Assembly: GCA_028864975.1 (NCBI GenBank)
Contig: JAGWLG010000023.1
Coordinates: forward strand, 1-53,519
Reading direction: 5' to 3'
DNA length: 53,519 bases
Source of the DNA: Thermoplasmata archaeon
GTDB lineage: Archaea > Thermoplasmatota > Thermoplasmata > Lutacidiplasmatales > UBA184
The stretch's first letter is position 1. Each line of letters starts with the position of its first letter. The position numbers were made by a program, and so were the translations under genes. Shown here piece by piece: positions 9,194 to 19,221 of this stretch. The notes beneath the pieces were generated by a model that was not told where the DNA came from, searched no databases, and saw only the letters and a list, made by a program, of their open reading frames with translations.

Positions 9194-10687
9194 TTGGAGA
9201 GTCTGAAGTTCGTCGACCTCTTCGCTGGGCTCGGTGGGTTCCACCTCGCATTGCGGAAGCTCGAGCACGAGTGCGTCTTTGCTTCAGAGATTGACCCATT
9301 GCTTCGAGAGATCTACCTCAAGAATTTCCCCGAGATGAGTGGGGCACTCTTTGGAGACATTCGAGAGAGCTGGGACAAGATTCCCTCAAAGTTCGACATT
9401 CTTTGTGCTGGTTTTCCCTGCCAGCCTTTCTCGAAGTCAGGCGGACAGTTAGGAACTAGAGATGCGACAAGAGGAACTCTCTTCCATGACATAGTTCGTG
9501 TGCTCGAGAAGTGGACACCGAGCTACGTCATTCTGGAGAACGTGGGGAACTTCGAGCGGCACGATCGAGGGAACACCTGGCGGGTGGTCAGGGCTCAGCT
9601 ACAAAGGCTCGGCTACAACGTGAGGGCGACCGAGCATCGATCGCCACAGGCTCGGATTGATTGGCGAGATCGGAACGGTGGACCGAACCGGAAGCGCTTC
9701 AAGGTGGGAGCGGCGGCCAAGGTTGGCGGTGTAGGTCTCATCTCGCCACATCACTTCGGCTACCCTCAGCACCGTGAGAGGTTCTTTGTCGTTGCAAGCA
9801 AGGACTGGCTCCCTCTGGATCCTTTTCCGCGGCGAGACCGTCATTCAGTCACCTCACTCAAGGACATCATACAGGCCAGGTCTGAACTCTCATCAGGAGA
9901 CCGAACTGAGACGGCTCTAACGGACCGGCAGGAGCGGAACATCGATCACTGGAATCGGCTGGTTCACGCGATTCCGAAGTCAATCCCGATGCCGACCTTT
10001 CCGATATGGGGTGATGAGCTAGGTGCCACCTACCCGTTCGAGAAGAAGACGCCCTGGGCGACACGTCCCATCGTTCTTCGCCAGCACATCCGAGGTCGCA
10101 ACAAGTACCGGCGGCTTCGGAAGGCTGGGCTGCTGAAGGAGCTCCCAAGCTATGCGCAGGAAAGGGTTCCTGAGTTTCGAAGTTGGAAGAAGCACTATAT
10201 TCGAGAGAATCGGGCCTGGTGGTACGGCGTCAAGCGACACCTACCTGGAGGGTGGGTGGCCGAGTTGCGAGGGTTTCCCGCGTCGCTCCGGAAACTGGAA
10301 TGGAATGTGGGCGACGGAGAGCGCGATCTGTGGCAGTACGTTCTCCAATTCAGGCCTTCTGGGCTCCGTGTGAAGCGGTACACGAGCTCGCCGGCGCTCG
10401 TTGCCATGACCGCTACCCAGATTCCCTTGCTAGGCCCTGAGCACCGCTTCCTTACTCGAGCAGAGGGCCTGCGACTTCAACGCTTCCCGCCCGACTTTCA
10501 CATCCCTGAATCGCGCGAGAAGACATTCCAGGCCCTTGGAAATGCAGTTCATGTCGATGTCGCCCGAAACATCGCGAAGAGTCTCCTAAGCCCTTCCCGT
10601 GGGATGTTCGAGGTGGAGCGTGACCCCACCCCCTCGGATGGGACGGGTATGATGGCCGAACATGTCGCACGCTCCACTTCAGGCTGA
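9194..10687 (+). CDS. dcm: DNA cytosine-C5 methyltransferase with long variable region
   Basis: Motif I DLFAGLGGF, catalytic GFPCQPFS, ENV, QHRERFF, and motif X ALGNAV. TTG start. Confidence 0.93.
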   Translation: MESLKFVDLFAGLGGFHLALRKLEHECVFASEIDPLLREIYLKNFPEMSGALFGDIRESWDKIPSKFDILCAGFPCQPFSKSGGQLGTRDATRGTLFHDIVRVLEKWTPSYVILENVGNFERHDRGNTWRVVRAQLQRLGYNVRATEHRSPQARIDWRDRNGGPNRKRFKVGAAAKVGGVGLISPHHFGYPQHRERFFVVASKDWLPLDPFPRRDRHSVTSLKDIIQARSELSSGDRTETALTDRQERNIDHWNRLVHAIPKSIPMPTFPIWGDELGATYPFEKKTPWATRPIVLRQHIRGRNKYRRLRKAGLLKELPSYAQERVPEFRSWKKHYIRENRAWWYGVKRHLPGGWVAELRGFPASLRKLEWNVGDGERDLWQYVLQFRPSGLRVKRYTSSPALVAMTATQIPLLGPEHRFLTRAEGLRLQRFPPDFHIPESREKTFQALGNAVHVDVARNIAKSLLSPSRGMFEVERDPTPSDGTGMMAEHVARSTSG

Positions 10688-10826
10688 TGGTCCGGCCAGT
10701 CCTTTGGCTGCCCGGAGGGCGTCCGACCAACCCTTGACCTCCCGCCATCACATGGCCGGGCTTCCGTGATCGGCTCAGCAGCAAGAGTAAGTAGGCTGAT
10801 GCGATTGTGGGTGCGCAGGCGAGCGC

Positions 10827-12335
10827 ATGACAGACAGCGCTGTTTCTCCGACCTCGACATCGACCCGGACACGCGACGAGATGATGCAATTGATCGCGAT
10901 CAAGCTCGGCATCTCGATCCCTACTGCTGGGATGACTCCAAGCGAGTTCTGGAAGCAGGTTGCTCTCCAGAGAAACGTGGCCGACGCCCCTCCTGATCCC
11001 ACCCAAACCGCGAAGAAAGTGCTCGAGTCGCTGGATGAGCCCTGGGATACCGATTACGTCGAGGAGGATGGAGCGGCTCCCTCGGTGATGGCCTATGAGG
11101 CGCTCTACACCACCCTGAATCGTGTCTCCGAGTCGGCGGGTGTCGCAGAGGCCGCAGCTCCTGACGAATCGGAGGAAGGAGAAGACGAGGGGCTCGAGGA
11201 CCTCGCGGTAGAGGGAGAGGTCAAATCGGAACCGAAGCCCTTGGGAATCGAAACAATTGTCAGTAGAATACAGCGAGGTCAGATCGACCTGAACCCGGAG
11301 TGGCAACGCCGCTATGTTTGGCCGCCCAAGAAGCAACGGCGGCTCATTGAGTCCATCCTGCTGGGGCTGCCGATTCCCTCACTGTTGCTTTTCAAGGATG
11401 AGAAGACCGGGATCATGCATGTCATCGATGGCAAGCAGCGGCTCCAGACCATCGCCAATTTTTGTGCCAAGAAAGGGGACGCGAGGTTCAAGAGATTCAA
11501 GACGTTCCCACGAAGTGCCGAGGGGTGGCAACCCGGCCAGCCCCTCCACGAGGCGGCTTCAAAGTACTACGAAAACCTCGGACCGAAGTGGAAGACGCGT
11601 GTTGACGACACTGTCCTCCAGTTGCACGTCTTTACGGAACTGGAAGCTGAGAAGCTCTACCAGATCTTCAGTCGCTACAATACTGGCGCCGTGCAGTTGA
11701 AAGCCGTCGAGATTCGGAACGCTGTGTTTCAGCTCTCGAAGCTCCATCGGATGATGTGGAGGGTAGCGGGGGAGCATGGCGACGACTCGAAGTACCTCGA
11801 TGCACGGGAGCATGACCTGTCTCAGCAACTCCGCGAGATCATGCGGGGGAAAGTAGATCGCTACGGTGCCTACGACTTCATGGGGCGCTACTTTGCATTC
11901 GCCTACCAGTCCGCTGGGTCTGTGGCAAAGGCGACGTACGACTTCATGAAGGCGCACAAGGACGATCCCGAAGAGGAACTTGAGGAGCTTCGGACTGAGT
12001 TCCTTCTGGCGCTCGAGAGGGTCCTTTCCTGGTACGCGTATCCTCTCGTCAAGCCCAAGCCCGATGGTGAATTCCACCAGTTCCTGGCCACCGTCCAACT
12101 CGTCTCTACGACGCGGATGCTTGAACAGATAGAACAAGGAACGATCACCGAAGCGACGACAAGAGAACGCATTCAGGCTCACTGGGCGAAATTCGCTGAG
12201 GACACGCTCAGCATCAAACAGAACTCCACGAACTTCTGGACTCGTCAGAAGGACTGGATAGAGTGTGTTCAATCAGGCAATCCCCCTGTAGAACCGAAGG
12301 AGCTAGTCAAGCAAGCAGAGAGCGTTCCAGCGTAG
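10827..12335 (+). CDS. DUF262 (ParB/GmrS-like) protein with extra N-terminal helical domain and no visible HNH
   Basis: LNPEWQRRYVW, LIESILLGLPIP, VIDGKQRLQTI, IFSRYNTGAVQL..EIRNA. Confidence 0.85.
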   Translation: MTDSAVSPTSTSTRTRDEMMQLIAIKLGISIPTAGMTPSEFWKQVALQRNVADAPPDPTQTAKKVLESLDEPWDTDYVEEDGAAPSVMAYEALYTTLNRVSESAGVAEAAAPDESEEGEDEGLEDLAVEGEVKSEPKPLGIETIVSRIQRGQIDLNPEWQRRYVWPPKKQRRLIESILLGLPIPSLLLFKDEKTGIMHVIDGKQRLQTIANFCAKKGDARFKRFKTFPRSAEGWQPGQPLHEAASKYYENLGPKWKTRVDDTVLQLHVFTELEAEKLYQIFSRYNTGAVQLKAVEIRNAVFQLSKLHRMMWRVAGEHGDDSKYLDAREHDLSQQLREIMRGKVDRYGAYDFMGRYFAFAYQSAGSVAKATYDFMKAHKDDPEEELEELRTEFLLALERVLSWYAYPLVKPKPDGEFHQFLATVQLVSTTRMLEQIEQGTITEATTRERIQAHWAKFAEDTLSIKQNSTNFWTRQKDWIECVQSGNPPVEPKELVKQAESVPA

Positions 12336-12346
12336 GCAGGTAGAGT

Positions 12347-14944
12347 ATGCCCGCTCAGCCCGCGCCCGAGAGTTCCTTCCTCTGGAGGAAGCCGCCCGCA
12401 CCCCCGGCACCGGGCAGTTTTGTCCCCCCAGGTCATGCGTGGTGGGACCAGCTCCAGGCCGCGCTTCCCAACCTGAGCAACGCGGGACGACAGGAACTGA
12501 CCCGGACCTCCCGGGAGATCCTGTCCCTCCTTCCTAGTCCACACGCTTGGGCGGATCGACCATCGCCCTACAAGGGGGTTGTTGTCGGCTCTGTCCAGAG
12601 CGGCAAGACCACCAGCATGATGGGGGTGGCCGCGACAGCGTTCGACAGCGGATTCAACATCGTAATTATCCTCTCAGGCTTGAAAGACGACCTGAGGCAG
12701 CAAACCGCGAAGCGCTTCAACACATCATTGATGCGGCAGAGTGACCCGATGGACTCCGGGAGCCGGACGACTCTCGGGGTCCCTCCTGGTCCTGGACCGC
12801 TCGGTGGGTTCGCTCTTCCATACGACCTCGATACCACGAAGTTCACCTTGCTCCAGCACCGGATGGACCAGGCTCTCCAGACGGGACAGCCCTGTCTCGT
12901 TGTGGTCAAGAAGGAGTCGCATAGCCTTTCCAGGCTCATAGGCGCGACTCGTGCACTCGTAGCTCGACGGCAGGCGGGAAGCACCCCCATTCTAGTCCTC
13001 GACGACGAATGTGACGAAGCAACGGTCTCGTCAGGAGCACCCGGGACCCACGTCATTCCGGAGCAGATTGCCAACTTGCTCGCCTTAGGAGGCGAGGTCA
13101 CCAAGGTAGCCTACATTGGCTACACGGCGACAGCTGCTGCCAATCTGCTTCAGGATCAGGCCGCCCCGCTCTTCCCGAACCACTTTGTCTACATGCTCCG
13201 GCACCCTGCCCGGGAGGACGGCCCGATTGAGTACCGGGAACCCAACCCGAACAACTGGTACACCGGTTCGACCGTCTTCTATGAGGAGTTCGGCCAAGAG
13301 CCTGGTGAAGACGAGAACTTCCTTGTATCAGCCGTTGTTCACCAGGATCATCTCACTCTCCCCCCGGAGAGCAATCCGAGCCTCATCGATGCTCTTCGGG
13401 CGTACTTTGTGAGTGGGGCAATGCGCCTCGTGCTCCAACCCGAGGCGAGTTTCGAAGACGCCGCCCACCCTCCGAATCCTCACTCAATGTTGATCCATAC
13501 ATCGCCCCAGATCGCAGACCATGTGAGGGTCGCAGAAGGGCTCCAGCGATTGTTCGGGGGCCAAGGTGCCGGCTTGAACAAGGACTGGACGTTCGACCCG
13601 ATCAAACTCGATGCGTGGTTTGCCGCAGACGAGACCCCTTGGCACGCATGGTACCTGCGGTTCGAGAAGACTCGTGACCGACTCTACACGACGTGGATGC
13701 GGGGCGGGGTGAATGCTCCTGTGAGCTGGGCCCAAGCCCGAGCGAAGCTTTCTACTGTCTTCAGAAACGCTCGGCTACGCATCGTGAATTCAGACGAAGA
13801 GGTGGGTTCTACGCTCGATTTTTCCCGGGGCATGGACGGGACCGGGAAGCCGCTGCTTCCGCGTGACGTCTACACGATCGTGCTGGGCGGCTCACGACTA
13901 TCTCGCGGGATAACGATTGACGGGCTCTGTGTCTCCTACTTCGCTAGGTGGGCTCCCGTACCAAAAGAAGACACGATACTGCAGATGAGTCGCTGGTTCG
14001 GATACCGAGGCAAGCATCTCGAATTCTGTCGGCTGTTTGTAAGCCCCCCAGCATTCAGGTACCTTGACAGCATGCATGAGCACGACCGTGAGCTTCGACT
14101 GGCGCTTGTCGAGATGATGGAGAAGCGGCTCGCACCTGCGGACGCTACGCTCCTGCTACGCGCCAATCCGCACTCACTGCCGACCTCCAAGCTCGGCGCC
14201 GCCACGAAGGTGGACATAAAGTTCGCGGGCAAGGGACAGGTTTTCAGAGGCGTGGAGTGCGGTCCCCTTGCCCTGAAGAACCAGGAGGTGGCTGTGGCCT
14301 TCGTGAGGGAAGTTCGTTCGAGAGCGCCTTCGGAGATTCGCCGTCTCGATGGCACCCCTCCTCGAGGCTGGATCAGCGAGAAGTGGACCCTGCTGGAGGT
14401 CGCCGATTGGCTAGACCGGCTCCAGTATACCGGACATAACCCCGACCCCTCACAGCGACCAATCAGGAATCATTACCGGCCCGTTGACCCTTCGAGACCG
14501 TGCGCGCTGAGATTTGAGAACCCATCCACGGATCCGTACGAAATGGCGGCCTATCTGAGAGCCTGGGATGCCGACGACGCCCTTCCGAAGCCGACTATTA
14601 ACGCAGGCTTCGCCACAGGCCGCATGGACCATGATACAGCACCGTTCAATTTTCCGTTGGCGGACCGTACCATCATGGAGGACGACATGCTCGTGGGTTC
14701 CTGGGAAGGCCGAGGAAATGGTTGGGAAGGCGACGCCAGGTTCGATGGCATCACTAGTGCGATGCTGAAGAAGGGCACTGCGAGCCGGCTCCAGGGGGCG
14801 CCTGGCCTCCTCCTCCTCTACATCATTCACAAGAACGCAACGGGCCGCGGGGACTTTGGCAAGACAAGACCCGCCCACACTCCTACATTCGGCATATCGC
14901 TCCCCGCCGGCGGCCCGACGCTTCGATGGATCGTCCCGGGATAG
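12347..14944 (+). CDS. Z1-domain SF2-helicase-like protein
   Basis: GSVQSGKT, LDDECDEA, YIGYTAT, LSRGITIDGL..SYFAR, QMSRWFGYR. Confidence 0.9.
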   Translation: MPAQPAPESSFLWRKPPAPPAPGSFVPPGHAWWDQLQAALPNLSNAGRQELTRTSREILSLLPSPHAWADRPSPYKGVVVGSVQSGKTTSMMGVAATAFDSGFNIVIILSGLKDDLRQQTAKRFNTSLMRQSDPMDSGSRTTLGVPPGPGPLGGFALPYDLDTTKFTLLQHRMDQALQTGQPCLVVVKKESHSLSRLIGATRALVARRQAGSTPILVLDDECDEATVSSGAPGTHVIPEQIANLLALGGEVTKVAYIGYTATAAANLLQDQAAPLFPNHFVYMLRHPAREDGPIEYREPNPNNWYTGSTVFYEEFGQEPGEDENFLVSAVVHQDHLTLPPESNPSLIDALRAYFVSGAMRLVLQPEASFEDAAHPPNPHSMLIHTSPQIADHVRVAEGLQRLFGGQGAGLNKDWTFDPIKLDAWFAADETPWHAWYLRFEKTRDRLYTTWMRGGVNAPVSWAQARAKLSTVFRNARLRIVNSDEEVGSTLDFSRGMDGTGKPLLPRDVYTIVLGGSRLSRGITIDGLCVSYFARWAPVPKEDTILQMSRWFGYRGKHLEFCRLFVSPPAFRYLDSMHEHDRELRLALVEMMEKRLAPADATLLLRANPHSLPTSKLGAATKVDIKFAGKGQVFRGVECGPLALKNQEVAVAFVREVRSRAPSEIRRLDGTPPRGWISEKWTLLEVADWLDRLQYTGHNPDPSQRPIRNHYRPVDPSRPCALRFENPSTDPYEMAAYLRAWDADDALPKPTINAGFATGRMDHDTAPFNFPLADRTIMEDDMLVGSWEGRGNGWEGDARFDGITSAMLKKGTASRLQGAPGLLLLYIIHKNATGRGDFGKTRPAHTPTFGISLPAGGPTLRWIVPG

Positions 14945-14950
14945 CCAACG

Positions 14951-15994
14951 ATGTCGAGTGTCGAGGCAATCGTAGACGAGCTGGAGGCTCTTCCACCCTC
15001 GTCTAACGACAATTGGTCGATCCGCACCTTGGTCCCTTCTCGGCTTCACCTGAGCCGCGGCATGAACGGCGAGTACGCTTTGTTCCTCGAAGGCGCAGCC
15101 GACGCCTTCGGAAAGCTCCCCCCTTTTCACGGGGTAGAGTACTCGCCTACGATCACCGCAGTTCCGACAGGACGGGTGTTCGGGGCGCTACGGCTCCAGT
15201 CCTCGGATGAACGGATTGGGAACAGGGTAATCGCGCACATTGCATATGAGCTCCAACGTCGCCTCGAGGCGAACCCAAGAGAGGCAGGTGAAGACCTGCT
15301 CAGATCGGTCGAGTGGGTTCTGCTCCTCCTAGGTGAGACTGAAGGCATCCTGCCTCCCGAAAGACGGCTGGGACTCATCGGGGAGTGCATTCTGTTGAGG
15401 CGTCTCCTACGTATCGGCCGCGGCAGCGGGCTGGGTCCCGAGACAGTTCTCGACCGGTGGTGGGGGTACTCTCCCGCGCGCCGGGACTTCGCTGCAATCG
15501 ATGTTGGAATCGAAGTGAAGACGACAGTGCACAACACGAGAACGCACCGGATGGGAATTGATCAACTCAAGCCGGAGAAGCCTACTGAGCGAGTGTATCT
15601 GTACTCAATCGGAATGAGGTCTGATCCCACTGCACCGAAGAAGCTCCCGGACTTCCTAAGGGACGTTGAGCTTGAGATGCTCGATCCGGTCTCCGGGAAG
15701 GAGCATGTCGCGGCTGTTGGGCGCTTCAGAGAGCTTCTCAAGAAGTATGGGTACGATCAGCGCTTCGAAGACGTGTATCGATCATCTCAAGGCTACCTCG
15801 CACCCCATCTCGAACCGTCATTGTTCGCGGAAAGCGACCTTGGTCGACTGAAGGAGGCTTCGTTTGTCGGCGGTGCACCTCCCCCCAACGCCTCGGCCAT
15901 CGTCTACGACCTAACGGTCGATTGCAGGTCGGTGCCCGATGCAGACTTGGTGCTGCTGGCACTCCTAACGAGCGCCCCAGCGAGCTACTCCTGA
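14951..15994 (+). CDS. PD-(D/E)XK motif protein (DUF4420 family)
   Basis: GLIGECILLRRLL, WWGYSPARRDF, IEVKTT. Lies 6 bp after the Z1 gene, the usual neighbour of this family. Confidence 0.85.
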   Translation: MSSVEAIVDELEALPPSSNDNWSIRTLVPSRLHLSRGMNGEYALFLEGAADAFGKLPPFHGVEYSPTITAVPTGRVFGALRLQSSDERIGNRVIAHIAYELQRRLEANPREAGEDLLRSVEWVLLLLGETEGILPPERRLGLIGECILLRRLLRIGRGSGLGPETVLDRWWGYSPARRDFAAIDVGIEVKTTVHNTRTHRMGIDQLKPEKPTERVYLYSIGMRSDPTAPKKLPDFLRDVELEMLDPVSGKEHVAAVGRFRELLKKYGYDQRFEDVYRSSQGYLAPHLEPSLFAESDLGRLKEASFVGGAPPPNASAIVYDLTVDCRSVPDADLVLLALLTSAPASYS

Positions 15995-16004
15995 AGGAGT
16001 GGAC

Positions 16005-16568
16005 CTACCTCTGATCGCAGGGGCACTGAGGTAGCGCGCACCGGTTGCCCCTCCTCGCTCCTCCCCATGGTACTCGTCTGTCAACCCAGGCAGATCCAGG
16101 GGCTACGCCGAGTTCGTTTCGGTCCGAGAGATTAGGGATGTCCTCGGTATTCCAGGGATATCGATCTGGTGTAGTCAAAAGCTGCTCTCTCTCGAGTTCT
16201 ATCAGTCGAGTTTCGTGGAGTCCAGGAAGTGAGAGAGCACGCGCCCAAAGAGTGGCATGACCTGGAGCTTCCGTTGCACGGGTCAACTCGGGGTGGAAGC
16301 GATCCTCTGTCACTGCATGAGCGTGGGCTAGAACCCTTCTCGGAACGACCAGGCTTTCACCCAGGTAGACCTCCACAATTTGAGAGTTGGGAGATAGGCT
16401 CAGAGCAAGCTCGTAGAGTCCCGGTCCATCGTCCCTCGACACGAACCCGAGATCTTTGGCCAGCGACTCCTCATCGTGAAACCACTCCTTGTTCTGACGA
16501 ATCTCCACCCAATCGCTCCAGTTTCCTCGAAGCGGTGGGATGTGGTTGTCGTCGCCGCGATTCGCCAT
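16005..16568 (-). CDS. GIY-YIG-family nuclease
   Basis: GPGLYEL...VYLGES...RRV...ELEREQLL...YPWN, giving the GIY, YIG, Arg, Glu and Asn positions. Confidence 0.65.
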   Translation of the reverse strand: MANRGDDNHIPPLRGNWSDWVEIRQNKEWFHDEESLAKDLGFVSRDDGPGLYELALSLSPNSQIVEVYLGESLVVPRRVLAHAHAVTEDRFHPELTRATEAPGHATLWARALSLPGLHETRLIELEREQLLTTPDRYPWNTEDIPNLSDRNELGVAPGSAWVDRRVPWGGARRGNRCALPQCPCDQR

Positions 16569-16619
16569 ACGTCTGTGTCTTCAATCGCAGGTCCCACCAA
16601 GACGTTACCGCCGTCCGGT

Positions 16620-17444
16620 CTAGACCCAGCAACGGTACTGCTGCGCCTCCATCCGAAGGCTTGAGAGGTCGATCCGCTTGAGAAAGAATAGTCCAGGCGC
16701 GCTTCCGAACCGGAATACCCGAGCGATTCGATATTCCTCTTCGCAGGATCGAGCGAAGTCCAACTCTCCAGCGGAGAGGAAGAAGGGAGCGTGAGGGCCA
16801 AGTCGTGTCGTCTTCACTTCCACCAGCGAGGGCTCGCCGTCATCATTGAAGGACCGCAGGTCGTACCCAAGCCCGTCTCCCACCTCCTTGGAGACGTGTA
16901 CGATTCTTCGGGCCAGGTCGCTGAGCCCTGCGGCGTTGAGCCGCCTTTGCTCGAGGTCGAGGACGAACTCTTCCCCCGCGCGACCGAGCCTTCGGTTCAC
17001 GGCATCCCGTGCAGCATAGTCGATCCGAACGGCGTGCCGAGGTGGGAGGGGTGTGCGAAGCGGCGGGCGAGGCAGCGGTATGGGGCGCGGTACGATGATA
17101 GCCTTCCAATCCCTGACCGGTGGACGTGGGAGCGGCAGATCGCTCGGTCGTTCCACATGGAGCGGCGGCGCGGACGCCACGTGGGCAAGGACCTGTTGTG
17201 CGAGAAGTCCTTGGTAGTGCCCCTTCGGTTTGTACCCCTCGATCCGGGCGAGGTCGTTCTCGGCCAGGATCGCGCTCACATTCTGAAATTTGAGTTCGAC
17301 TGAGGCCCTCGTCCGGTTCTTGCAGACCTCACGCACCTTGCGGTTGAAGTCCGCCTTGACGTAGGGAGAGCCTGTCGCTTCAAGACCAAGCATCTCGAAG
17401 TAGGCGGAGACGACGGCGCGAACTTCCTCGGTAGACCAGCCCAT
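16620..17444 (-). CDS. DUF3883 (NOV_C) restriction-endonuclease-like protein
   Basis: N-terminal WSTEEVRAVVSAYFEML...SVELKFQNVSAIL; C-terminal LGRAGEEFVL, DGLGYDLRS, VEVKTT. Confidence 0.85.
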   Translation of the reverse strand: MGWSTEEVRAVVSAYFEMLGLEATGSPYVKADFNRKVREVCKNRTRASVELKFQNVSAILAENDLARIEGYKPKGHYQGLLAQQVLAHVASAPPLHVERPSDLPLPRPPVRDWKAIIVPRPIPLPRPPLRTPLPPRHAVRIDYAARDAVNRRLGRAGEEFVLDLEQRRLNAAGLSDLARRIVHVSKEVGDGLGYDLRSFNDDGEPSLVEVKTTRLGPHAPFFLSAGELDFARSCEEEYRIARVFRFGSAPGLFFLKRIDLSSLRMEAQQYRCWV

Positions 17445-17574
17445 GAAGGAGTCTCTCTCCAGTAGACATTAGTCGGCTTCCAGGTAAATCATTCGCCGCG
17501 GCGACTGGCTACCTGCTCGGGGGTCCACTAGGACTGATCGATTGATTGATAGATCGGTTCGTGGTAGTCTCGGC

Positions 17575-18894
17575 ATGCCGATCCGGGTAGGGAGCAGGTT
17601 CCGCCTGTCGTTTCGTTCGGAAGTCGCGACAGAGGCGTCCAGAGACTTCCCCGACTTCCTGGATCTCACGCGAGGTCAGCACGAGAAGGCCATCAACCCC
17701 TTCCGGGGAATCTGGCCCTATCCCGCGATCGCTGGCCCCGGTGAGGATGGTGAGAGGATCCCAGCCATCATCTGTCAGTCCAACCCCATGAGTTCCGATA
17801 GCGCGAAGAATCCCTGGGTCGATATCATCGAGTCCGACGAAGGGTTCGCACTCTACAACGGGGACAACAAGTCCGCAGAGAAGGGACCATTCGAAGTCGA
17901 TGGCAACAAGGCGATTCTCTCAGTGGCGAATCTCTACGGGGGGAACCGAAGCGCAAGGGAACGCGCCCCACCGTTCCTCGTCTTCCGACAAGTCGAAACG
18001 GGCGTCAGGGAGTTCTGTGGCTACGGCGTTCCCGTGCGGCTGAGCCTTCGGACCCAGCGGAACGAGGATGGCGGCGAGTGCTTCCTCAACCTCGTCATCG
18101 AGCTGACGCTCTTCGACCTTCCGGACGTTGACTCCCCGCATCCCAGCGATGGCGAGCTCGACTGGCAGTGGATCAACGACCGACGGAACGCGGGTCTGAC
18201 AACGGCTCAGGCGAATGGCCGTGCTCCTCCGGCATGGAGAACCTGGCTGAGAGAGGGGGACCCTGAACGGTGCCGTCGGAGCGTACTCAAGTCGAGGATC
18301 CGGGCCAAGATTGAGCAGTCTCCGGGACTTCCGTCCGAGTCCGAGGTGCTGAAGTCCGTGTACGACCACTACCAAGGACGCCAGCACGAGTTCGAGGGAC
18401 TCGCCGCACGCATCACTGCCCAAGTGATCGGAGAGCGTTGCATCAGGAAGTGGGTTACGCGGCGGTCAAGTGATGGAGGAGTGGACTTCGTGAACCTCCT
18501 CAAGGTGGGTGACCCGCAGAGCCGCGCTGCCGTGGTGGTCCTCGGACAGGCGAAGTGCATCGCCTTGGATTCGGCAGTCGACGCCAAGGATCTGGCTAGA
18601 CTGGTCGCACGTCTGAGGAGGGGATGGATCGGTTCGTTCGTCACCACAGGGTCCTTCACCGAACCTGCGCAAGGGGAGGTGATTATCGACGGGTATCCAC
18701 TCCTACTTGTCCCAGGAAAGGTCGTGGCGCGGGAAGTACGGAAGCTCGCGGCCAGCACGGGGGGGCTCCCATCCCTCCTGAACGAGGAAGAGCAATGGTA
18801 TCGGGCCAACGTCCACGACTGGCCCCCCTCGCGAGCGGCAGACGACGCGTACTTCGGTGTGGACTTGCCGGTGCTGAGACGAACCGAGGACTGA
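17575..18894 (+). CDS. AspBHI/MspJI-family 5mC-dependent restriction endonuclease (SRA-like plus Mrr catalytic domain)
   Basis: NPWVD...YNGDNK...GNK..PPFLVF..FCGYG..FLNL..WQWINDRR; C-terminal SSDGGVDFV..LGQAKC..LVARLRRGWIG.FVTT. Start is ATG 17575 or TTG 17542. Confidence 0.8.
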   Translation: MPIRVGSRFRLSFRSEVATEASRDFPDFLDLTRGQHEKAINPFRGIWPYPAIAGPGEDGERIPAIICQSNPMSSDSAKNPWVDIIESDEGFALYNGDNKSAEKGPFEVDGNKAILSVANLYGGNRSARERAPPFLVFRQVETGVREFCGYGVPVRLSLRTQRNEDGGECFLNLVIELTLFDLPDVDSPHPSDGELDWQWINDRRNAGLTTAQANGRAPPAWRTWLREGDPERCRRSVLKSRIRAKIEQSPGLPSESEVLKSVYDHYQGRQHEFEGLAARITAQVIGERCIRKWVTRRSSDGGVDFVNLLKVGDPQSRAAVVVLGQAKCIALDSAVDAKDLARLVARLRRGWIGSFVTTGSFTEPAQGEVIIDGYPLLLVPGKVVAREVRKLAASTGGLPSLLNEEEQWYRANVHDWPPSRAADDAYFGVDLPVLRRTED

Positions 18895-18966
18895 TCCCGG
18901 ACATACACCGTTCACCGCCGTGAACCCCCGCAAACCATGACCCCATGGAGCCTCCTACGATGATCG

Positions 18967-19221
18967 ATGGACCCCCGCCGCGGCCGGCGCCCATACGTCA
19001 CCGCCCACGAGCTCGGGCAGTTCGTCTATTGTTCTGACGGGAACCACGAGGCGAGGGTCGCGCGCGAAGGGGACCTCCAGCGAGGGCTCCGTGTCCACGC
19101 GGGGCTCCAGGCGGCCCACATGGGCCGCTCGATTGCGGCCGAGCGGAGCTTCCCCTGGGATTGGGTGGGCGTGGGAGCGTTCCTCCTCATGGTTCTGGGG
19201 GTGGCCCTGTGGACCCACTGA
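18967..19221 (+). CDS. Small protein resembling the Cas4 N-terminus, with C-terminal TM helix
   Basis: VTAHELGQFVYC...G.RVH, then WVGVGAFLLMVLGVALW. Confidence 0.6.
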   Translation: MDPRRGRRPYVTAHELGQFVYCSDGNHEARVAREGDLQRGLRVHAGLQAAHMGRSIAAERSFPWDWVGVGAFLLMVLGVALWTH

